A DNA stretch of 12,703 nucleotides. Source: Candidatus Eiseniibacteriota bacterium. Its GTDB lineage: Bacteria > Eisenbacteria > RBG-16-71-46. Shown one piece after another: positions 7,645 through 12,703 of the stretch (position 1 is its first letter; each line of letters begins with the position of its first letter). The position numbers and the translations under genes were made by a program. The stretch is taken from the NCBI GenBank assembly GCA_031366795.1, contig JANLOX010000370.1, positions 1 to 12,703 on the forward strand, read 5' to 3'. The notes beneath the pieces were generated by a model that ran no database searches, had not been told where the DNA came from, and was given only the letters and a program-made list of their open reading frames with translations.

Positions 7645-7803
7645 ATGTCACGCGCGAACTTCAGGGCCAAAGTGCCCACACTGCTCGACCGGGCGCTGAT
7701 CGGTCTGCTGATCCTCGTCGTGCTCGTGCTGCTCGGGATGCAGGTCGTCTCGGCCGGACCGCCGTCTGTCTCGCAGGCGAGCTTCGAATCGAAAACCCCC
7801 TAA
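7645..7803 (+). CDS. Small hypothetical single-TM protein, 52 aa
   Basis: GGAG at 7635-7638, ATG 7645. MSRANFRAKVPTLLDRALIGLLILVVLVLLGMQVVSAGPPSVSQASFESKTP: basic N-terminus, one hydrophobic helix, mostly G/C third positions. Its stop overlaps the stop of the convergent gene. Confidence 0.55.
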   Translation: MSRANFRAKVPTLLDRALIGLLILVVLVLLGMQVVSAGPPSVSQASFESKTP

Positions 7804-8648
7804 GCCGGGCGGCGGCGCCAGAGGTACAGGCTTAGCGCCACGAAGAACGCCAGCAGCAGGCCGCTCACGAACAACTCCTGCGGCGCCTGCGACTCGTATG
7901 CCCCAGCGAGATCCTCCGCGGGCCACAGCTGAACGCGCCACAGCAGGGGCCCCCGCAACACCGCCACGTCGCGCGCATACCGCGCCCCCGGCCCGCCATC
8001 CTGGCTGTTCGCCCCATAGAGCAACGTCGGACCCTCGTACACGCCCGCTGAGAACCCGCGCTGCACGGTTTGGCTCAAGCTCTCATCAAGCAGATCGTGC
8101 AGGCGCACCAGGCCCACCACCCAGCCGAGACGCGTCGCCCCGTGAAACTCAGGCGCGCAAACGAGCACCTGGCGTTCCCCCGATGCGAGCGGGGCCGTCG
8201 ACACCACGACGACCTCGCGGCCGGGGCTCGCGGCCGCCACTTTGAGCGCCACGGCCCGCATGCCGTCATCCTGGGGATTGAGCGCCGATAGTACGCGCAG
8301 TTCCGCGGGGATCGCGCCGCGATAGCTGAGCGTCGAGTCGTACTCCACCACCGCGCGAAATTGCTGCGGTCCCGCAACAAGGGCGTTCGCATCCTCGCGC
8401 CATGCTTCGCCACCCTCGGCGCGCTCCGCCGCGAGCCGCTCGAGTGTCGCAGCGCGTGAGTCGAGCCCACGCTCGATGTGTTCCGCGACCCAGCCGGCTT
8501 CGCCAGCGGACAGCGCATGCAACAGGGACTGGTGCCGCTCGAACGCCAGTTGAAACAGGAAGAAGGACATCACGATGATCAGCGCGCCGGGAATGAACGC
8601 CACGAAAAACGTGCTCGTGTCGTCCTTGGCGCGCGCCGGCTCGCTCAC
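7800..8648 (-). CDS. Membrane protein with CHASE/Cache-like extracytoplasmic sensor domain between two TM helices, no output domain, 282 aa
   Basis: GTG start overlaps the upstream TGA. TM1 (FFVAFIPGALIIVMSFFLFQL), long helix, R..AL..A, PL.SG…LVCAP…GWVVGLVRLHDLL, WRVQLWP, then TM2 and RRRPA-stop. Confidence 0.7.
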   Translation of the reverse strand: MSEPARAKDDTSTFFVAFIPGALIIVMSFFLFQLAFERHQSLLHALSAGEAGWVAEHIERGLDSRAATLERLAAERAEGGEAWREDANALVAGPQQFRAVVEYDSTLSYRGAIPAELRVLSALNPQDDGMRAVALKVAAASPGREVVVVSTAPLASGERQVLVCAPEFHGATRLGWVVGLVRLHDLLDESLSQTVQRGFSAGVYEGPTLLYGANSQDGGPGARYARDVAVLRGPLLWRVQLWPAEDLAGAYESQAPQELFVSGLLLAFFVALSLYLWRRRPA

Positions 8649-9700
8649 GACCAGCCCTCGCGCACCGCGCGTTCGTACGCCACCCAGTAACCGTCGGGCC
8701 TGGGCTCGCTGATGCGCGTCACGCCCCCCTCGGCATCCGTGAGCCAGACGATGCCCTGGCCGCGCACGACCTCGCCGATCTCGGCTGCCGCGATGCCCTC
8801 TCCGGCGAGCGCGTGCAGCACCTCAAGCGACCACGCCGACCGCACCGTCAACAGCAACGTGCCCTCGGACAGCGTCCACAGCGGATCGAGCTCCATCAAT
8901 TCGCACGCCACGCGCGCTTCGTCCGACAGCAGCATGGCGTTGCGCGCGACCCGCAGGTCGACGCCGGCGGCCTTCGCGATTTCGATCAGGCCGCCCATCA
9001 CGCCGCCTTCGGTGGCATCGTGCAACGACGACACGCCGCGATCGCGCACGCCGACGCGCAGGGCCACGCGGCAATCATCGACGACACTCACAGGGCGCAT
9101 GCGCGCCTGCGCGCGCGTCCACAGTTGCTCCTCGAGGCGGCTCGCCATGCGTTGCGGGAACAGCCGCATCGCCACGGCCGTCACCTCGACCGCACAATCC
9201 TTCGTCATCAGCACCTTGTCGCCGGGCTGCACATAGGCAGGGCCCACGGTCCTGCCCTCATCGCCCACGCCGATCAAGGTGGCGGCGCCGAAGATCGTGA
9301 GGTCACAGCCGGCGTGGCGCCCGGTGTGGCCGGTGACCACGGCGATGTTGAGCTTCGCGAACTCGTCGCTCATCGCTTCCCAGTAGCGCTCGAAGTCATC
9401 GGCCGGAAATTGCGGCGGCATGTTGAAGCACACCGAGGCGTACGCCGGCGGGATGCCGCTCGTCCACAGGTCCGAGGCGAGCAGGTGGCAGGACAACCGC
9501 GCGGAGTCCGCGGGGCCAAAGGCGGGAATCATCGACAGCGGATCGGTCGTCACCGCCATCACGCGGCCGGCGCCGATCTTGATGACCGCGCTGTCGCGCC
9601 CGATCCCGGGGCCCACGAGCACTTCCTCGCGCTTCGCACCCAGCCGCGGCGCGATCGTCCGCTCGAAGTCGGCCGGGGAGAGCTTACCCATCGCGCTCAC
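8645..9700 (-). CDS. AIR synthase-related (PurM/HypE/ThiL/SelD superfamily, PurM-like) ATP-dependent enzyme
   Basis: MGKLSP…GPGIGRDSAV…TTDPLS…ASDL…VTGHTG…PGDKVLMTK…LHDATEGG…DPL…SEGTLL…IGEV. Start is GTG 9700 (G-rich RBS-like GGTGGGG 7 nt upstream) or ATG 9691. Confidence 0.88.
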   Translation of the reverse strand: MSAMGKLSPADFERTIAPRLGAKREEVLVGPGIGRDSAVIKIGAGRVMAVTTDPLSMIPAFGPADSARLSCHLLASDLWTSGIPPAYASVCFNMPPQFPADDFERYWEAMSDEFAKLNIAVVTGHTGRHAGCDLTIFGAATLIGVGDEGRTVGPAYVQPGDKVLMTKDCAVEVTAVAMRLFPQRMASRLEEQLWTRAQARMRPVSVVDDCRVALRVGVRDRGVSSLHDATEGGVMGGLIEIAKAAGVDLRVARNAMLLSDEARVACELMELDPLWTLSEGTLLLTVRSAWSLEVLHALAGEGIAAAEIGEVVRGQGIVWLTDAEGGVTRISEPRPDGYWVAYERAVREGWS

Positions 9701-9722
9701 GCTTGTGCCCCACCCGCCATGT

Positions 9723-11168
9723 TCAGGCCGCGGTCCCCGTCGGGCTGCCGGTCTCGACCGGCAGACCCGCCGCCTTGTACTCGGCGAAGCCGCCCCCAAC
9801 GTTCGCCAGGTGTGTAAAGCCGGCGCGGCGCAGCAGGCTCAACGCCGTTAGCGATCGCGACCCGCCTCCGCAGTGCACCGCGATCGGCCTGTCCACCGGC
9901 AGCTCCGTGCTGCGAGCCAGTAGCGATCCCAGCGGAATATGCGTGGCGCCCGGAACATGACCCGCCGCGTACTCATCCGAGTCGCGCACATCGAGCAGCA
10001 CACCCGCCCCGTTCGCGGTCTTCGCGAGCGCGTCGGCGAAGGCGACACTCACGATGGCCTCGGGGTCGCCATGACGATGCGCCCAGCCCATCAACACCGT
10101 CGAGGTCACCGCCCAACCGTGCACGTTATCGATGCCGATCATCGCGAGATCACGCACCCCGGCCGCGATCTCGGATTCATGCCCGGCCAGCAGGTAGATG
10201 GGACGGTCGTAGGGCAGCAACGTCCCTGCCCAGCGCGGGAATGCCTGGCCGCCCGGCAGTGTCATGACGCCGGGCACGAAGCCCTTGGCGAATTCGGCGG
10301 CGCGACGCAGGTCCACGACCAGCGAACCGCTCTCGACCACATTGAGGGCACTCTCGGGATCGAGCCGCGGCGGCGCGCGGAATACCTCCACACGCGGGGC
10401 ACCCTGCTTGTTGAGGCGCTTCATCTGCGCGAAGTAGCGCGGTGGCTCGACTTGGCCCCCCAGCACATCGGCCACGAATGCCTGCTCGTCGGTGATGCGC
10501 AGGGCCTTGTTGACGAGCATCTCGTAGGCGAGCGTCGTCACCGGAACATCGCCCAGGTGTTTGCCGCACGCCGAGCCGGCGCCGTGCGAGGGCCACAGCA
10601 TCAGGTGCCCCGGCAATTGCTTGAACTTCTGCAACGAACGGAACAGCTCGCGCGCGCTCGGCTCGCTGCTGCCCGCCTTGCCGACGGCGCGCTCGAGCAA
10701 GTCCGGACGCCCGACGTCGCCCACGAAGATGAAGTCCCCGGTGAACGCACCCAGCGGCTGGTCCGTCGCTGCGCTGTCGATCAGCAGGAAGCTCATGTGC
10801 TCCGGCGTGTGCCCCGGCGTATGCATCGCGCGCAGCTTCACTGAGCCGGCCACGATCTCGCTGCCGTCATGCAGCAGCGTCACGTTCGGCTCATTAGCGA
10901 AGGCGTACTGGCCGTCCTCGCCGCCTTCGCCGGAGACATACAGCCGGGCCCCCGCGCGTTGCGCCAGATCGTGGCTACCGGACACGAAGTCCGCGTGAAT
11001 GTGTGTCTCGGTTACCGCCGTGATGCGCACGCCTTCCGCCTGCGCGAGTCGCAGGTAGGCATCGACGTCGCGATTCGGGTCGATGACGATGGCTTCGCCT
11101 GTCGCGGGGCAACCCACGAGGAAACTGGCGTGGGCGAGCTTCTCTTCGTAGAGGCGCTTGAGGATCAT
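9723..11168 (-). CDS. MBL-fold persulfide dioxygenase-rhodanese fusion (CstB-like), 481 aa
   Basis: ETHIHADF, HTPGHTPEH, TGDFIFVGDVGRPDL, PSHGAGSACGK. Central Cys-less pseudo-rhodanese (VVDLR…F.KG.VPG) and a C-terminal rhodanese (LLDVR…GHVPGA…HCGGGSRS…GG). Confidence 0.92.
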   Translation of the reverse strand: MILKRLYEEKLAHASFLVGCPATGEAIVIDPNRDVDAYLRLAQAEGVRITAVTETHIHADFVSGSHDLAQRAGARLYVSGEGGEDGQYAFANEPNVTLLHDGSEIVAGSVKLRAMHTPGHTPEHMSFLLIDSAATDQPLGAFTGDFIFVGDVGRPDLLERAVGKAGSSEPSARELFRSLQKFKQLPGHLMLWPSHGAGSACGKHLGDVPVTTLAYEMLVNKALRITDEQAFVADVLGGQVEPPRYFAQMKRLNKQGAPRVEVFRAPPRLDPESALNVVESGSLVVDLRRAAEFAKGFVPGVMTLPGGQAFPRWAGTLLPYDRPIYLLAGHESEIAAGVRDLAMIGIDNVHGWAVTSTVLMGWAHRHGDPEAIVSVAFADALAKTANGAGVLLDVRDSDEYAAGHVPGATHIPLGSLLARSTELPVDRPIAVHCGGGSRSLTALSLLRRAGFTHLANVGGGFAEYKAAGLPVETGSPTGTAA

Positions 11169-12454
11169 GGGGTGCGGTCCCGGTTGGTGTTTGCGGCCAA
11201 GGCGGCTGGGGCAGCGCCCAGCTTCCAGGCCAGCAGTGGCGGTGTCATCAGCGTGGTGAGCACCACCATCATAACGACTGCGGAGAATACGGCGTCATCG
11301 ATGATTCGCGCGCCCCCAATCGTCAGCGTCGCGCCGATTCCTGCAAAAATGAGGCCCACCTCACCGCGCGGGATCATGCCCAAGCCCACGGCGAGCCGGT
11401 CGGTGCCGCGCTCGAACACACCCAACGCGCAGACTTGCTTACCCGCGACCGCAGCCACCGTCAGCACGGCCGCGAACGCCAGCACTTCGCCGTGGCCGAA
11501 CACCGTCAGGTCGACACGCATGCCCATCAGCACGAAGAACACCGGCGTCAGGAAGGCACTGAGTGGCTCGAGCAGCTCATCGAGGCCACGGCCGCGCGAA
11601 TCGCGGGCGCTGAGCGGCCGCATGTGCACGTCCTCGAGGATCAGCCCCGCCGCGAACGCGCCCACGATGGGCGCGAGCCCCACGAGCCCCGCGAGGACCG
11701 CGACACCGAAGCAGAACGCGAGTGCCAGCGGCAGCAGCAGGTTTTCGCCGGGCAGGCGGGCGGCCAGCGCGAAGGTCCGCCGCGAAACCCAACGCCCGAG
11801 CAGCATCGCCGCGGCGAGGAAACCCACCGCCTTGAGGATGATCCAGGCCAACGCGCTCCATTGGAACACTTGGCCCGCGTCCGCCGCCTTGATGATCCCG
11901 GCGACCGCAGCCAGCACCATCAGGCCCAACACGTCATCGATCACCGCGGCGCCCAGGATGATGCGGCCCTCGGTGCTCGAGCTCTGCTTGAGGTCGCTCA
12001 ACACACGCGCGGTGATGCCGACACTCGTGGCGCACAGGGTGGCGCCCACGAACACGTAGACGAGCTCGTTCTGGCCCGGCAGCAACCAGCGCGCCGTGAG
12101 CCACCCGAGCAGCATCGGCGCCACCACACCCAGCGTCGCCACGGCGAACGACGAGGCGCCGACCGCCGCCAGCTTTCCAAGGTCGGACTCAACGCCCACC
12201 TTGAACAGCAGGAACAACACGCCGAGCTGCGCCAGCAAGTCGATCCCGGGCAGCGACCTGATGTGCTCGAAGCCGTGGAAGCCGAGTAGCCCGAGGTTGC
12301 CGATGATGATGCCGGCCAACAACTCACCCAGCACCGGTGATTGCTTGAAGCGCGAGAACAGCGAACTGCCGAGCCGGCCGAGGACGATCACCAATACCAG
12401 CGCCGCGAGAACGGACAGCAATGCCGCGTCGGGGCTGCCTGGGGGAGCGTGCAT
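11165..12454 (-). CDS. Cation:proton antiporter, CPA2/NapA-like Na+/H+ antiporter, 429 aa
   Basis: Q.PVLGELLAGIIIG, LLF.VG.E, ATSVGIT, GAAVIDDVLGL, GAFAAGL, PVFFV..G, GK, GMIPRGEVGL. No TrkA/KTN domain. Its stop overlaps the next ATG (ATGA). Confidence 0.93.
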   Translation of the reverse strand: MHAPPGSPDAALLSVLAALVLVIVLGRLGSSLFSRFKQSPVLGELLAGIIIGNLGLLGFHGFEHIRSLPGIDLLAQLGVLFLLFKVGVESDLGKLAAVGASSFAVATLGVVAPMLLGWLTARWLLPGQNELVYVFVGATLCATSVGITARVLSDLKQSSSTEGRIILGAAVIDDVLGLMVLAAVAGIIKAADAGQVFQWSALAWIILKAVGFLAAAMLLGRWVSRRTFALAARLPGENLLLPLALAFCFGVAVLAGLVGLAPIVGAFAAGLILEDVHMRPLSARDSRGRGLDELLEPLSAFLTPVFFVLMGMRVDLTVFGHGEVLAFAAVLTVAAVAGKQVCALGVFERGTDRLAVGLGMIPRGEVGLIFAGIGATLTIGGARIIDDAVFSAVVMMVVLTTLMTPPLLAWKLGAAPAALAANTNRDRTP

Positions 12455-12526
12455 GCGAGGAGTTATTACAGCATCGATGCACGGGGGTCGAACAGACGGC
12501 GTAGCGGCTTCGAAACCAGCGATCGG

Positions 12527-12703
12527 CTAGGCAGCTTCGACGTCTACGAACTCGCCTTCAGAACTCGGCTTGGGTATCGAAATCCCCGCGCGTCGCAATT
12601 CTTCGATGTGAAGCACGATCGCCTCGCGAATCAGCGCCATCGCCTCGTCTCGGGTTTCAGCGACGGCCACGCAGCCGGGCAGATCCGGCACATGTGCCCC
12701 CCA
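12527..12703 (-). CDS. hicB: Type II toxin-antitoxin HicB family antitoxin, 5' end outside the window
   Basis: Manual translation: WGAHVPDLPGCVAVAETRDEAMALIREAIVLHIEELRRAGISIPKPSSEGEFVDVEAA-stop; classic VPDLPGC…T..EA…EA+…G..IP.P HicB motif. Confidence 0.92.
   Translation of the reverse strand, partial: WGAHVPDLPGCVAVAETRDEAMALIREAIVLHIEELRRAGISIPKPSSEGEFVDVEAA

Noticed and set aside
7645..7803. Flp/type IV pilin identity for the small ORF
   Set aside because: No G|xxxxE(Y) prepilin cleavage motif.
8645..9700. hypE, selD, thiL or purM gene symbol
   Set aside because: Diagnostic residues of HypE and SelD are absent, and there is no supporting pathway context for any of them.
1..12703. CRISPR array, tRNA/rRNA, IS element, integrase, tandem DNA repeats
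   Set aside because: No regularly spaced repeats, cloverleaf or rRNA signatures, or transposase/recombinase motifs were seen by eye.

Overview
GC-rich bacterial chromosomal window with 12 supportable CDS and no rRNA, tRNA, CRISPR array or transposase. Left to right: a 3'-truncated formate--tetrahydrofolate ligase (fhs, - strand, missed by the ORF track); a divergent outer-membrane beta-barrel of the Phenol_MetA_deg/'transporter' type with a strong terminator; a + strand cluster of a DUF2269-like membrane protein, a CPBP/Abi intramembrane protease with non-canonical motifs, and an 883-aa secreted Asp-box beta-propeller with an inserted PPC-like domain and a T9SS/FlgD-like C-terminal domain; a DUF4097-like exported protein; a 52-aa single-TM ORF behind sigma54-like and enhancer-like sites; a tightly coupled - strand operon (NapA-like Na+/H+ antiporter, CstB-like persulfide dioxygenase-rhodanese, AIR-synthase-superfamily enzyme, CHASE-like sensor with no output domain); and the 3' part of a HicB-family antitoxin at the right edge. 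The most notable items are the four-gene operon, the output-less sensor, the variant CPBP protease beside a secreted protein, and candidate regulatory elements. All family calls come from motif recognition by eye; no searches were run.
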